Of a DNA stretch of 64,000 nucleotides, positions 50,296-64,000 are shown piece by piece. Source of the stretch: Podarcis melisellensis (lineage: Eukaryota); NCBI GenBank assembly GCA_964234715.1, contig OZ174277.1. One strand, written 5' to 3'. The position numbers were made by a program, and so were the translations under genes. Within the stretch, counting starts at the first letter, position 1, and every line of letters starts with the position of its first letter. The notes beneath the pieces are model-generated. The model had not been told where the DNA came from, did no database searches, and saw nothing but the letters and a program-made list of their open reading frames with translations.

Positions 50296-50887
50296 TACTC
50301 TTCTCCAGCCTCAGTGTTCTCAGATTGGTCCTCTAATAGTAGTGGGTTTGACTGCTGTACAGATGGCTCCGTGGATCCACTGAACTGTATGACATTATAG
50401 GTATGCATGACCGTGTTGTACACTAATAAAGGACATTGTTGCTGGAGATGTTACTGCAAAAAATATATACAATGTCCAACCCAGAATTATTCTACAGAAG
50501 CATTAGTTGATTGAGCTCATTTCAAAAACTTGCTTCCTCTAATTTCTAATGCTTCTCTCTCTTTTTTTCTATTCACTCCCCATTTTTCTTTTCCAATTTT
50601 TTGTTCTGTCCTCTTTTCTTCCACGTATGCAGGGAACAAAAACTTGGTGAATCCTACATATGGCAGGAAATGCTTTCCTGCCTATTTTTCAGAATGGGTT
50701 TCACATCCACATTTGATGTGTTCTTCCACTTATGCACATTTTTCCCCATGTGCAGAGCTAGCTGCACATGGAGCATGTCCATGGTATTTGTATTCTGGGA
50801 GTGTAAACCTACACAACAGTATTTTAAGTATCTCTGACATGACATCAGCTGAAGTCAGCAAAACTGCTGTTTTGATATATATTGTAT

Positions 50888-51175
50888 GGCCACGTTCACA
50901 CCATACTTTTACAGGACTATGGCACCACTTTAAATAATTATGTCTTCCCACAAAGAATGCTGGGAAGTGTGGCTTGTTAGGGGGGTCTGAGGGTTCTTAG
51001 GAGACCCCTATTTCCCCCTCAGAGCTACAATTCCCAGAGTTCCCTAGGGGTCTCAGGCCCCCCCCATAACAACTCTCAGGCCCCCCCCTAACAAATGACA
51101 GCCCCCAGAATTCTTTGGGGAAGCCATGACTGTTTAAAATGGTATTGTAGTCCCTTGTATGGTGTGAATGTGGCC
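50888..51175. mobile_element. PIF/Harbinger-type MITE
   Basis: TIR GGCCAC(G/A)TTCACACCATAC; 3-bp TSD TAT. Confidence 0.8.
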
Positions 51176-52307
51176 TATGTTTCTTGTTGCTTTTTATGAC
51201 TAAATAATCTGAGTATTAGAAATGATATATAAAAGGAGGGCACAATGGATGTAATATTAATCACATGGAAAGTTTGTCAAATACCAGTTTGCAACTCCAC
51301 CTCACCCTTTCTGCTTCTTTTGGCAATTAGGAGGCAAATGTATCAATGTGACATGAAAAGGATTAACTGAAAAAAGGTGCAGCTGCAGGTCAAACAAAAA
51401 CCACCAGAGCAATGAATGATACGAGAATCAAATGGCTTCTGATATCTGATATGCACCAGCCATCCTAAGCATCAATGGACAATTTATTCCAGGGAAATAT
51501 ATCAGTGGCACTGCCCAACTGTCACTGACTCAGCCATTTAAATCTTTCCTGATATTGAAATAATCCATCCCAATAAATCTAGTTAAATTGTTTTAGATAA
51601 GGGCTGCAAACTAATGACTATTGTCTAGTGAGTTTCCAAAAGCAATAGACTTGATGATGAGATAAATGCTGCTATGCCTCTCCAGAGGAAGGAGCAGGAA
51701 TATATAGGCTCAGTTTGACTGGCATTACAACCGTAATGAATAATAGCTATGGCTCTGTGGGGAAACTGGAAGACAGACTGAATACGAGACACAGCAAATG
51801 CACGACAGTGCCATCCAACTGTGTGTAGTTTAATAGCGGAACTCGTTGGCATTTTCTGAGGGGAACAAAAAGCCACAACCCCTTCTCCTTCACCAAACAT
51901 ACATGTAGGGAACACAGGTGATTAACTGGAGAAACAAAAAGATATCTCATTCTCCAGTGGGTTTTTAAAAAAGAAAATATTGCTATTTTTGATATCATTT
52001 TGAGCATGAGCAGTTCTTTTTTTGGGGGGGGATGGGGACTAGGGAGAACAACCACTGCAGAAAGCTCTACAAAGGGGTGGGAAACCATCTTTGTTCATCC
52101 TGATTCCTGAGGGCTGCATTTCCTTCTGGGCAAACTTCTGAGGGTCACATGTCAATGGCGGATGGGGCCAGAGTCAAAAGTAGAAGAGCCACAAATATAA
52201 TTTTTACCTATGTATCTTAGGCTAGTTGCTACAGATACTCATACACCCCTCTCTATCTTGCAAGAGTCATTGTCAGAGTTCAAGGATGCATTCTCCCCCT
52301 CATGAAA

Positions 52308-52402
52308 TTGTTGTTGTTGTTTAGTCATTTAGTCGTGTCCACTCTTCGTGACCCCATGGACCAGAGAACGCCAGGCACCTCTGTCCTCCACTGCCTCCCG
52401 CA
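52308..52402 (-). mobile_element. Short BovB/RTE 3' tail
   Basis: Reverse complement of the BovB terminus, with (TTG)n. Confidence 0.8.
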
Positions 52403-53744
52403 GTTAGATATGCCCAATAGAATATGTTGTGGCATGTGCTTGGTTGAGGCGCATGTGTGGTGCCCGCAACAGTTTCTCCTGTATACGCAAATGTGGCCAC
52501 CGGTTGGCAAGTTCTCCACTACGGATTGCAGATTGCAGCAAGGTTTAGGAGGAAGAGAGGCAGAGTATTGAGACTGTTAGAGGAAGCGAAGGTGGGGTGG
52601 GGTGGAGGACAGCCTAGGAAAAGGGGCTGAGGAAGTGAGTAACCCAAAAGCAGCCTTCTCTGCTCTGGTGCCCTCCAGGTGCCCCCCCCCAGCTCCCACC
52701 AGTCCCAGCCAGTATGGTCAGGGAAGATGGAAGTAGTTGTTCAAAAACATCAGGAGGCCAGAAGGTTGGGGGAGGCAAGCTCAAAGGAACATAGAGGAAA
52801 CTAGAGGGAGAAAATACCTTGTAGTCTAGTTGGCCTCTCAGCAGTTGTTCGGGGGGGGGGGGGATAACAGCAAGCGACACTTTGTATTTGGGAAGATGCC
52901 AGCACAAATACATTATATAGTGTAATAGTATATAAGGAGACATTAAGTAGATAATGTAGAACAAACAACATGCTGCAAAGGGGAATACGGCTTCAGAAGA
53001 TTTATCGTAACTATGGTATTTCTGATACATATAACTGCACCTTAGATCTGAATGGTAATGCAGTGGACTTAATGCGTACTACACACTCCATTTGATATTT
53101 TCAGCGCCATTATCAAAAAGGATGTAATTTCTCTAATGGTTATTTGGCGCCATCTATAGACTGATAACGAAACAGTATCCCTTTGCTGTAAATTATATGC
53201 AGCCATTGTGACTTTTAGAAATCATGTGCCAAACTGTATCAAAAACGTTAGGGTTGTATCTACCTACATTCTACTCAGAGTAGACCCGCTGAAATTTACA
53301 GACTGAAGTTAAGTCATTTCCATGAATTCCAGTGTGTCTACTCTGAGTAGCCTAGCACTGGATTACGATTACAACCCATAACCAGGCTAGAAAGGGCCCC
53401 TGAACTCTGATAATGTTTCTTGCTTGTCTGGATGGGAAAAAGAGAGGAATGTGTGAGTAAATTAACATTTGTTGCTCTACACAATTTTGCTTCTGGCCCT
53501 GCCCACCACTGGCATGTGGTTTCTAGAATATGACCCTTGGGGTGAAAAGGGTTTCCAACCCCTTGTGTGCTGGAATGCAGCCTAATATATATATATATAT
53601 TTGCAGGGCTGACATTTTGAAGAACTGTGGATTTTAGGCTGTGACTGTGCTACCTGCTAATCCTATACATGCATAGGATTGCACTGAGGAGAATTTAGGC
53701 ACTCCCATGCTGTCACAATTGATATATACACCAATAGACAGCTA

Positions 53745-53877
53745 NNNNNNNNNNNNNNNNNNNNNNNNNNNNNNNNNNNNNNNNNNNNNNNNNNNNNNNN
53801 NNNNNNNNNNNNNNNNNNNNNNNNNNNNNNNNNNNNNNNNNNNNNNNNNNNNNNNNNNNNNNNNNNNNNNNNNNNNN
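53745..53877. other. Assembly gap (N run)
   Basis: 133 N. Confidence 1.
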
Positions 53878-53982
53878 TCAATAAAAATCCCAAGATTAAC
53901 TTGTCCAGAGTATTTCAAAGGGAAGAAATATGATAAGAAATCCCATTATCTGAAACACAATTAGCCATTTAATTTCTAAACA

Positions 53983-54200
53983 GCCCTTCATCCGAGAATC
54001 ACAGGGTGGTTTACAATATAAAAACACCAAATTACATACCATAGTAACAAACAATACCTTCCCACACACAGTTTAAACAGCCATAGATTAACCAAAGGCC
54101 TGGCAGAAGAGGAATGTTTCTGCTTGGCGCCTAAAGATATGCAACGAAGGCACCAGTCGAGCTCCCTTGGGGAGAGCATTCCACAAGTGGGGAGCCACCA
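53983..54200 (-). mobile_element. Old L2 3'-end fragment
   Basis: Minus strand resembles APxLWNALP...F...KTxLF plus L2-type 3'UTR. Confidence 0.6.
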
Positions 54201-54752
54201 TAACAAAACCAATTGCCATCTGTTTTAGTATCTTAAATTATTCAAAGTACTTTATATAAAGAACCAGGGTGACCTACCTCACAGGGTTGTTATGAGGATT
54301 AAATAGGTAGGTAGAGAACCATATGTGCCACCCTTGGTCTGCCTGGAGGAAAGGTGGGATATAAATGTGATAGATAAATAGATGCATCATCTCAGTAACC
54401 CGTAGAACAACCCCACAAGGCAGATGACATTTATTATATGTGGAACCTATAATAAAATGTTGCACCTCTGCCTATTTAGGGTCTACTTGGTCATTCCCTC
54501 CTGTTAGAACATTCCATTCCACTCCTCTTCCCTTTCTAGTGTTCCATTTTTCTTTTCAAACTCTCATTCTACATTGTGTAGCTGCTGAGCATGCTAAATC
54601 TTCTATTGGCTGGGCTTTTTTTGGTGGTGGGGTAGAGTTCCATCTTCACAACTTGGAGTCCTGAATACCTTGGAGTTCTATAAAGCATGGGAATAGTTCC
54701 CTATTGTTTTTCAGTGGCCCCATTCTGAATACTCACCACCACCTGAGCAATG

Positions 54753-55048
54753 AGGTAAAGGTAAAGGGACCCCTGACCATTAGGTCCAGTCGTGGCCGAC
54801 TCTGGGGTTACGGCGCTCATCTCCCTTTATTGGCCAAGGGCTTCCAGGTCATGTGGCCAGCATGACTAAGCTGCTTCTGGCGAACCAGAGCAGCGCATGG
54901 AAACGCCATTTACCTTCCCGCTGGAGCGGTACCTATTTATCTACTTGCACTTTGAGGTGCTTTCGAACTGCTAGGTTGGCAGGAGCAGGGACCGAGCAAC
55001 GGGAGCTCACCCTGTCACGGGGATTCGAACCGCCGAACTTCTGATCGG
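54753..55048 (-). mobile_element. Sauria SINE, 5'-truncated
   Basis: Same family; lacks the 5' end. Confidence 0.88.
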
Positions 55049-55344
55049 TGGACAGGCCAATAGAGTGAAGCCAGCCATGAGCTGGACACTGTCACCAAGC
55101 TAAATGGGGAACATAAGAAGGGCCCTGCTGAATCAGGCCAAGGCCTGTTTGTAGCCCTCCAGGTTTTGTTGGGCTTTGCATCGGCCCCTTCTAGCACAGC
55201 CAATGGTCCGAAATGAGAGGAGCTGCAGTCCAACAATATCTGGAGGGCAACATGCTTCCCACCCCGATACAAATGCTGTTGCAGTATGGAGCTTGGGCAT
55301 GTAGAGCTTCTCCCAGCTAACCCTGAAACCACAGAGACCTATAT

Positions 55345-55665
55345 AGGAACATAGGAAGCTGCCCCACACTGAGCCAGACCATTAGCTTAGGGATGAGGAA
55401 ACTTTGGCCCTCCAGATGTTGTTGAACTACATCTCCCATCAACCCCAGACAGCATGGCTAATAGACTAAGGGGAGTTGTAGTCCAGGACATCTGGAGGGC
55501 CAAAGATTCCCCACCCTGGAACACGTCCATCTGCCTTGCTATAAACTACCTTGACTGACATCAGCTCTCCAGGGTTTGGAGCAGGGATCTCTCCCAGTTC
55601 TACATAGAGATACCAGGGATTGAACCTGGAAGCTTCTGCATGCAGAGCAGATGCCATGGCCCTTC
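55345..55665 (-). mobile_element. Squam2-like SINE interrupted by a hAT-type MITE (~55389-55518)
   Basis: SINE halves flank an inverted-repeat element (ggccctccagatgt...acatctggagggcc). Confidence 0.65.
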
Positions 55666-56519
55666 CCAGTTTTGCATATGTGTGCACCCTTCACAAATGG
55701 CAAGAGTGCTTACTGTATTTCTATTCCACATACAAAACAATTGCATGAGTTCCTTCCATCTTAGAAATGGGCTTTCTTTTGTACAGATTAATTCAAGCAC
55801 CCTGTCTCTGGAAGATGCCACTTTGGGTGAAGATGCTTCTTTTTGTGCAAATGGATTTTTTCTCTGTCCAAAAAAGAGAGGCACATTTGCAGACATGCAA
55901 CATTTAAATGTGACTCTATTAAACAAAAGTAGCCCACAGCCAGAAGCTGCTCTGCTGGCAAAGCATCGAAATTCAGCTTTGCTAGTATGCCAGTATCTGA
56001 ATTTAAAGCAGTAGTCAACTGTACTGAAGCGAAAGAGTCTATCATTTCATTTGGCTCTCTGACAAAGATGCAGTCATAAATGAAGTCTAGAATCATCCGG
56101 TTTATTATTCCTGTTTGTTTCTGCCAATGATGTCCTTTTTCTGCAGCACTCACACTGTGGCTCTCAAGTCCTGAATGCATATCTTTTAAAGATAACGAAT
56201 GATGCCATCCTGTATGGCAATTTCCTCTCTTATTCCCCTCTGAAATTTAGGGGGAAAGAGTAAGATGACTTATACATCAGCTGACTTATGCATCCAGCAA
56301 CGATTTGAGTACTGGGCTAGGGAGATATTTGTCACAAGTGTGTTATAATTAGAACAAGCCACACAGATGTGCTTCAATATGGGTGAGCAATTCTGACTTC
56401 AGAAATCATAGTTAGCATGATATACCAAATCCTTCACTACAGATCCTTTTGTTGTGCCGTAATGTTCTTCACTGCTGGGAAAAGAGCCATACAGCTCCTT
56501 CTTCAAAGGTTATAAAGCA

Positions 56520-56706
56520 CAGGAAAATAGGAATCTGCCTTACACCGAGGCAGACCAATGCTCTTTTTAGCTCAGTACTGTCTACACTGACTGGCAGTGA
56601 TTCTTCAAGGCAGCGTTTTCTCCCAGTCCTACCTGGAGATGCTGGGGATTGTACCTGGGACCTTTCTGCATGCAAGACTGATGCTCTATCACTGAGCTAC
56701 AGCCTT
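56520..56706 (-). mobile_element. tRNA-Ala-derived SINE (Squam2-like)
   Basis: Similar to the 22.3-kb copy. Confidence 0.7.
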
Positions 56707-56927
56707 CTGCAAGTCAGGTATGGGGAGTTTGTTGCCCTCCTGGTGTTGGACTACAACTCAAGTAATCCATGATCCTTAGCCATGCTGGATGAGGCAGATT
56801 CCCCATGCCTACTATGAGGCCTCAGCCCTGCAGGTGTACTTCAGCACATGTGAACACAAACATGCACACATGCACAACTTTGCCCCTTAGTCCTGAAAGA
56901 GGAGTTAATTGCAGCTATATAGGAAGC

Positions 56928-57281
56928 TAGCCAACCTAGCAGTTCGAAAGCATGTCAAAGTGCAAGTAGATAAATAGGTACCGCTCTGGTGGGAAGGTAA
57001 ACAGTGTTTCTGTGAACTGCTCTGGTTTGCCAGAAGCGGCTTAGTCATGCTGGCCACATGACCCAGAAGCTGTACACCAGCTCCCTCGGCCAATAAAGCG
57101 AGATGAGCGCCGCAACCTCAGAGTCGGTCATGACTTTACCTTTACCTTTTTATATAGGAAGCAGGGATGTGGGTGGTCTAAACCACTGAACCTCTTGAGC
57201 TTGCCGATCAGAAGGTTGGTGGTTCAAATCCCTGCAACGGGGTGAGCTCCCATTGCTCTGTCCCAGCTCCTGCCAACCTAG
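56928..57281 (+). mobile_element. Sauria SINE, rearranged (3' half before 5' half)
   Basis: 3' half 56930-57150, 5' half 57164-57281; see findings. Confidence 0.85.
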
Positions 57282-57473
57282 ATAGCAAGCACAGGGTATC
57301 AAAAAGGGACTCTGCACTTTTGAATTTGCCACTGCACTACTGAGTCAAACCATTGGCTTAATGCTAGCTCAGCACTGTTTACAAACAATGCAAACCCAAG
57401 CGCTACCCTCCATCTCCAGGATTTCAGCCCTACCTGGAGATGCCAGGAACTTTTACATTGCTCTGTTACTGTA

Positions 57474-57773
57474 CAGGCATCTCCCCACTTACACGCATTT
57501 AACTCACACACAGCGCCGGGTAGTAATTAAATAAACTGATTTAAACTATATATAAAGTGCAAAAAGGGCCTCAAAACAGCAGGAAAACTGCGAAAATGAC
57601 GGGAAAACAGCAGGAAAACAGCTAGCAATCCTAGGAGCCTTTGCAACTGCAACCCCATGAGGTTTATAAGGTGTTTACAGGCCTTTTAGATGGTGTTCCC
57701 CACTATATGCAATTTCACGTAAATGTGCGGTAACCCCGGGAATGTAACCCCTGTATAAGTGGGGAGATGCTTG
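57474..57773. mobile_element. Tc1/mariner (Tigger-like) MITE
   Basis: TIR CA(G/A)GCATCTCCCCACTTA; TA TSD. Confidence 0.8.
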
Positions 57774-60729
57774 TACTATGCCTCTTCCCCATACCATAAG
57801 GATTAAGTGTGCGCTACCAGCTTGGAGAGAAACTGCTTCTGGTAACTTTAAGTTTCTGCATCTATCTCTCTCTGTGTCTCTCCCCCCCCCCCCCCCAGCA
57901 AATACTTTACAAAGCCAAATGCTCAGCCAATGGCAAATAGTACTTATTGACTTAACTAAAATGGTGCCCATTTACCCCAGCTTAGAATCCTTTTTTTCAA
58001 GCAAGATGCATCCGCGAAAGATAAACTTACAAATCCATTAAAGAAACAAGTCAGTGATGTTAAGGAACACACGAGCTTTGAACTGTTTCCTAATCAGTAT
58101 TTGAGTTGTAGCGATTTCCCAGTTAATTATTAGACCCTTTTTATTAAAGGTTTGTTACACAGGGGACATACAAGCTCTTTTCCTTTTAATTTTTTTTTTA
58201 AGCACACAGCCATTTCCCCTAGCGGCATTTCCTAGTGGCATTCACTTTCAAAATCTGTTCTTGAAGCTTTCCAGCAACAGATTTTTTGCAGTGTATGTTC
58301 TCTCCTGGCCTCTAGCTCAGGGTTCAAACCAGCCATTTTCTCCAAGTATGTAGGCCATTTTATCCCTTTCTTATTACCACTCTACATTCCATGCTAACCA
58401 AGCATGTTCAGTCCTTATCGGGCTGCTTTTGGTGGGGATGGGTCAGTTGCCACGATTTTAAAAAATAACTATGTTTATGGAGAACGAATGCTGATATTTC
58501 CCTCTTCTCAAATTTGGTTGCAATCCTTGTGGTACTCACCACCTGTATTTTTTATTGCAAGGGGAGAATGTAAATCCTTACTGATAACCAGTTAAATAGG
58601 AAGCTTTTCCTGGGGGATTCTGTCTGAACATTCAGCTGGAATGTGTTGACTCAGGCACCGCCACAGACTGTGTGTGTGTGTATGCGCACGCACACGTGAC
58701 TTTGGAATAAAACAGTATTTGGATCATTCTTGCTTTCCACGAGCCAACTGTTGCAAGGTCTTCAAGGCATATAGTGGGGTGGGGAGAGAAACCCAGATAG
58801 AATGTAAATTACACAACTAAAAAGATTTTCTCACTTGTTATTAATTGAATCACTGTATCACCTTTGTTCTAGCATCAAAGTCAGGTTGCGTAAATATGTG
58901 TCAGATGAGTGGGATGGCTTTTTAAACTGACAGCTGGGGTTTAGTAGAACATCGCAATTATGGCTTTGCTTGTCTCTTCATCCAACTGGTGAAGGAACTA
59001 GTCCAAGCTATAGCTGTTTTTACAGCCTTTGTACTTTGCAAATGGTTTTACTCACTGAACGGTCTTCATTCATGAGTTTATCTGCATTTAAACTGGTGGA
59101 GATAGAGAAACACCAGAGTGGGCTGTAGCATTTTGATACCCCCACAATGCATAATCACTTGGAATCACACAAACAAACTTTCTGATTAGCTTAACAGAAA
59201 ATGAATAATAAATATAGCAACAATAAACATCATCATAATAGTGTGATTTTAAAGGAAAGATGTAATTGAAGGATGTACCAGTTTAATGGAGATTCCACAG
59301 ATCTGCACAGATTCAGTTTCTAGCAACAGATTTGTCCCATATGCTTAGGAAATGCCCAGTCATTCTGGGTAAAAATTAAACAGACTCTCTGTTCCTGACA
59401 AAATTAAACAGAATCCATCTTGTGTAATTTTGGATAAGATAAGATGAAAAATGATAAGAAGAGGTCCCCACTCTGGTTCCCAGATGCTGAACTTGCTGAT
59501 TTAATAGAGCTCTACTGCAGAAACATATTCTGTCAGATGTTACCGCAATTCATTCCCCTGAAACACCCGCTCCCTCCCAGTCAACAACAAATCCTGCCAA
59601 CTGAAGCAAGCCGGTGCTCCATACCTGAGACAGGAGCTAACTGGCAACTCTTAATAATTGAAAGGTTGGTTATCCCATAAATGAATAGGATGGCGACAAA
59701 GGAATCTCAAAATAGCATGACAGTGAACCAACATTACACAACTGGTCATTGAGCTTGAATTTTACAACACATATGCCTCATCTGTGTTGGCCGCTATGCA
59801 GGTGATGCCCCCATAAATTATTTACATTTACAGTTATTTGCAGCTGAGGGTACAATCTATACTGGAGTTATGTCGGCTGAAGGGCTTTACGCTGGGCTGC
59901 TGGCAAGGCAACTACACTGGTGGAATCAGGAGCAAATAGGACCATACTAGGTTTCCAGGAAGTGTTTGCTCTCCATCCTAGTAGAAAGCAGAAGGAAAAG
60001 GGGACAGGAGCAAAGGAGAAGGAACAAGGAGGGGATAAAGGAAGAGGAAGGGGGGAAGATACAGACCATGAAGGGGAAATGGGCTGCCCCATTGGGGATT
60101 GGAACCAGGAAAGGAAGGAGCAGAAAGAAGTCTGGTAATCCCAGTGCTAAAATATTACAAAAGACAAAAAAAGGACATACTCCTTCTGTCTTTTACGCTG
60201 CAAATAATGGGTTGTCTTAAAATTTGGCTACATCAATCTGTCAAAAACAACTCCCATTACTGGCCAAGCAGAGTGAGGCATTTGGTTTAACTCATTCATT
60301 TGGCATTCCATTTGGTTGCAACACTTGTTTGCTTATAATGCAATAACTCAGGTGCACATTGAGATATCAGAATGAAGTTCAAAACACACGTTCAGGTCAT
60401 AACTACATTTTAAGTCCAAATACTGGCTTGTACAGAATTGATTGTAATGAGGCATTTGAAGGGGGGTTTCTTAGTATATGCTTGATGACATAGACCTGTG
60501 AAGACAACGTATGTGGTTTTTCAAAATGGCTCTTGAGTGGGATAGATGTGTTCCCCACTCTGATTTTCAAAGTCAAATATATTAAAGGTCTATTTAGAAA
60601 TCTTCCTTTTATTCAGTTAACATAGCTGAAAACAATTTAAAAAACAATGTAATTCTGTTGATAAACTATCCTTATTAGCTACAGGATTCCCCATGCAGAA
60701 ATGATTGCAGTTTTATCATAAACAAGGGT

Positions 60730-60819
60730 CATAGCTGTCAATGTTTCCCCTTTTTAAAGGGAAATGCCCTTATTCCGAATAGGATTCCTCGCAAGGAAAG
60801 GGAAAAGTTGACAGCTATG
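60730..60819. mobile_element. 90-bp hAT MITE (CATAGCTGTCAA family)
   Basis: TIRs plus 8-bp TSD ACAAG(G/A)GT. Confidence 0.88.
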
Positions 60820-61657
60820 ACAAGAGTATCAACCATAACAAGCCCCACTCAGATAATAGCCAGACTTCCAAGACCACAATGCAAAGAATTATTTGTATAC
60901 AACTGTTTGTGGCATCCTTCATGTCCTTTCCAGTCATTGGCTGAGCTGCTGTGATTTCACAGTATGTTAATGATCATTCTAACAACTGTGGCAGAATATG
61001 ACCTGTAGATTACTTATACAGGGTCTTATTTGGGGCTGCACCATTACAGCAGTTGCCAACATTCACATTTTGAAGCCCCTGAAGACGTATATGCTTTGTA
61101 GGGGATTAATGCAATGTGGGCAACTGTATCATGATGATGATATTTATTACACACACACATGCACATACACATACACTTTATGTATCAGAAGATCTCCAGG
61201 CAGTGTACAACATTAAAAACAAATCACAAAACATCAATGATAAAAACATAATAAAAGCATACTGACAAACAGCCTAATAATAAAATAGCCATCATAATAA
61301 CAGTCCTTTCCCAAACACTATATATTTCCTACAGTATTGTTATGATTATTTTAAAATGTTATTTGATGTTATAATTTGTATATTGCAATGCTCTCGGCAA
61401 TTTAGATCTGTTAGCTGCCCTAATGGCATCACAGATCACTGAAGGACATGTTAGAAATATACATAATAAAGACATATAAATGCATACATATTGCAAATTA
61501 CAAAATGCATGCTAAATCATTAGGAAAGAGATCAATGCCTTTTTACAAATCAATGGTGTACGGTTCCAAGTGTGGCACTCAAGGACTTAACTGGTAGGAT
61601 GTTCTGTTTCTTACTGTATTTTTAATATACTGTTACATGCTACCTCACTCTCTAAGC

Positions 61658-61793
61658 CAGGCATGGCCAAACTTGGCCCTCCAGCTGTTTTGGGACTACA
61701 ATTCCCATCATCCGTGGCCACTGGTCCTATTAGCTAGGGATGGTGGGAGTTGTAGTCCCAAAACAGCTGGAGGAGCAAGTTTGGCCATGCCTG
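61658..61793. mobile_element. hAT MITE (CAGGCAT family)
   Basis: Long TIRs; 8-bp TSD CTCTAAGC. Confidence 0.9.
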
Positions 61794-63313
61794 CTCTAAG
61801 CGGTGTGAGATTCCAGGGGTTCATTGTGGAAATGAGCCACAACAGAGACTGTGGTGGCTTTATGATATATGGTTTATTTATATATGGTCTTGCTTCTCCC
61901 ATAGCCACAGCTTTGGATTCAAACAGAAATCAAACATTGTTCTGACACTCTCTCCAGCTTGCCATTTCTCTTCTGGCCCACATTATTGCAACTTCCAACT
62001 CCTAACTCAGGCTTTGTCCTTCTAACCATATATGAGTTGAAGAAGGAACACCACCATTTGCCCATCTCTCACAAAGCCCCCTTCCCTTTCCCCACCTTTA
62101 ATGGCCCATCACCAAAGCTATCACCTCAACAAAGGAAGCTAGCCTGCCTTAACACTTGCTGGATCCAGGAGTTAGAAGAGTTCCACACACAGCCTACCGT
62201 ACTTCCTGCCCCGCAAACTCAGAACAATTCATATGTATTTCTCTTAATTGTGCTCTTACTCCTAGGTGCAAATGGCTTCAAGACTTTTTATAGTGTGGAG
62301 TAATGTAGAAATTTAATAAACCAGACCTAATCAGCTGCTGGTGGTGGGAAAACCTGCCTTTTCCATCCCAGCACTAGAAGAACAGCCTCATGTTCTAGCT
62401 TTGCACTTCTCAGCGGAATAGGATTTTTCTTTGCAATGTGACTTCACCTCACACCTCGGCTCCTGCTCATTATAAGGACTGGTATTTTGCTAGTTTGTAA
62501 AATTAAGAGGCCACTGCAACTGTAAAATAATTCAACATTTACTGTTATCTTATAAGCAAGCTATACATCCTGAAACCAAGAACTCTAGAACTGAAGGATA
62601 CCATCTCTGGATTAAATTCAAAGTGACTATTCAAGAGCAAAATTGTTTTGGGATTCTCAGACAACATTAGGGGGCCTATCCAGGAAAAAGTAAGCAAATA
62701 TAAACCACTGCAACTGGTACCAGACTGACTCAGGTCTATTTAATAACGTGACTAATGAGATGCATCCACATCTTTCCAACATGCCTCCCTTCTGCAGCAC
62801 TGCTTCACTCATGACTTACGAGCTCTTATTGCTGCTCAATTTGTCATTACAGGGAAAGATGAAATGTAGCATCATGATAGTGCAATTTCAGTTTCTGAGT
62901 TCTTAAAATACAGCAATTTTCTGAGTTTAACTACAATTGCAGGTGATTACAAAAGCAAAGACGTTTGAAAATAATGAGGAACTCTGTCATTATTATAATG
63001 CAATTTGAAGTACAACTTAAGTGGCTAGAAAGCATTTATAGTTGCACTGGAAGTTATAATTTGAAGCTGTTTCATATGAGAAGTATTTATGAACATACCT
63101 GCAGCGCCATTCTAAGCACCTTTACCCAGTCTGAAGCGATTCCCATGGAGCTCAATGAGTCCTATAGCAAGCAGCACACTTAGGACTGCAGCTTTATGTT
63201 AATTGTTCATCCATCTGGTTCCACAGCTAATAATGTTTATCTGTAATGGCAACAAAGAAGATGAAATGTGAAGGAGCCTGGTAGAGTCAGGCAAATCAGA
63301 TATTAGCTCTTTA

Positions 63314-63564
63314 TTTTTATTTTATTAAAGATTTTCTTGATTTACAAAAGTGTGTGCAAGGTCTCTCTTGTATTTCCCCCATGTAACTTTTTTTACAAAT
63401 CAATTTCATTTGTTGAGACATTAGGAAGAAAAGGGGGAAAGAGGTGGAAGGGGGGGGGAAGATGGTTGGGGTTGGGTGGCATGTTTCTATTTTACTTACT
63501 ATATGTAGCGTTTGGTGTTAGCGTTGCTTGTGCAGGTTCTTTGCTGTTCACTTGTGTTCCTTTG
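63314..63564 (-). mobile_element. 5'-truncated retroelement 3' end (L1/Tx1-like)
   Basis: A-rich tail on the minus strand; TSD GCTCTTTA at 63306-63313 and 63565-63572; family assignment tentative. Confidence 0.55.
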
Positions 63565-63729
63565 GCTCTTTACAAAATGGTTTGATAATATGCTAACTTA
63601 ATTAGAAATAATACAGTCCAAAGGGGAGAGATCTTGCTATATTTTCACATATTTGAAGTGAAAGGTACCCCCAAACAAAAATACAGGTATGCTGAATAAC
63701 ACCGATGTACGTATATAGTAAAACTATTG

Positions 63730-64000
63730 GGCTGGTGGTGGGGAAGAAAGAGGGGCGCCGCCACCCCGGTTTCTCAACAGTCAGCAGCTGCCCTTCCCAC
63801 GACTGGGCGCGCGCTTTTTTTCCAAGGCGGGGAGATTCCCACCGCGCGGCCCGCGAGGGGTGTCCCTTTTAAGAGCGCGGGGGGGTGTTGGGGGGGGGAA
63901 GGCCTTATCCGGTTCTTACGGCCCCCTAGAGGGCTGTCCGCTTCGTCTGCTCCGAGTCACCTGACTCCGAAGAAGCCACAAACCTGCGAGGCCCCGTGAG
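63730..64000. promoter_or_regulatory. CpG island at right edge, probably the 5' region of the next gene (SNAP91 by synteny)
   Basis: Abrupt GC/CpG rise; conserved vertebrate order SNAP91-RIPPLY2-CYB5R4; no coding sequence visible in the window. Confidence 0.55.

Overview
Vertebrate genomic DNA, most likely a lacertid-type lizard, judged from recalled repeat families: Sauria/Squam SINEs, BovB/RTE, L2, CR1 and a Penelope-like element. Two spliced genes lie in tandem on the minus strand. CYB5R4 coding exons 1-12 run from the ATG at 27643 down to 618, with the remaining exons beyond the left edge. RIPPLY2 is complete, with 4 coding exons (33618..30361, 126 aa, WRPW and FPVQATI motifs). All exon boundaries were read by hand, are GT-AG and are phase-consistent. 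The 34-63.7 kb stretch is repeat-rich intergenic DNA ending in a CpG island that, by synteny, is probably the SNAP91 5' end. There are two N gaps. Almost all ORFs in the supplied track are spurious or retroelement remnants. I found no convincing wholly new gene system. The best leads are: a phase-compatible RIPPLY2-CYB5R4 read-through fusion; a circularly permuted SINE with three target-site copies; a degenerate ~180-bp tandem array carrying E-box/T-box-like motifs upstream of RIPPLY2; a T-box-like motif cluster in RIPPLY2 intron 3; and candidate intronic terminal exons of CYB5R4.
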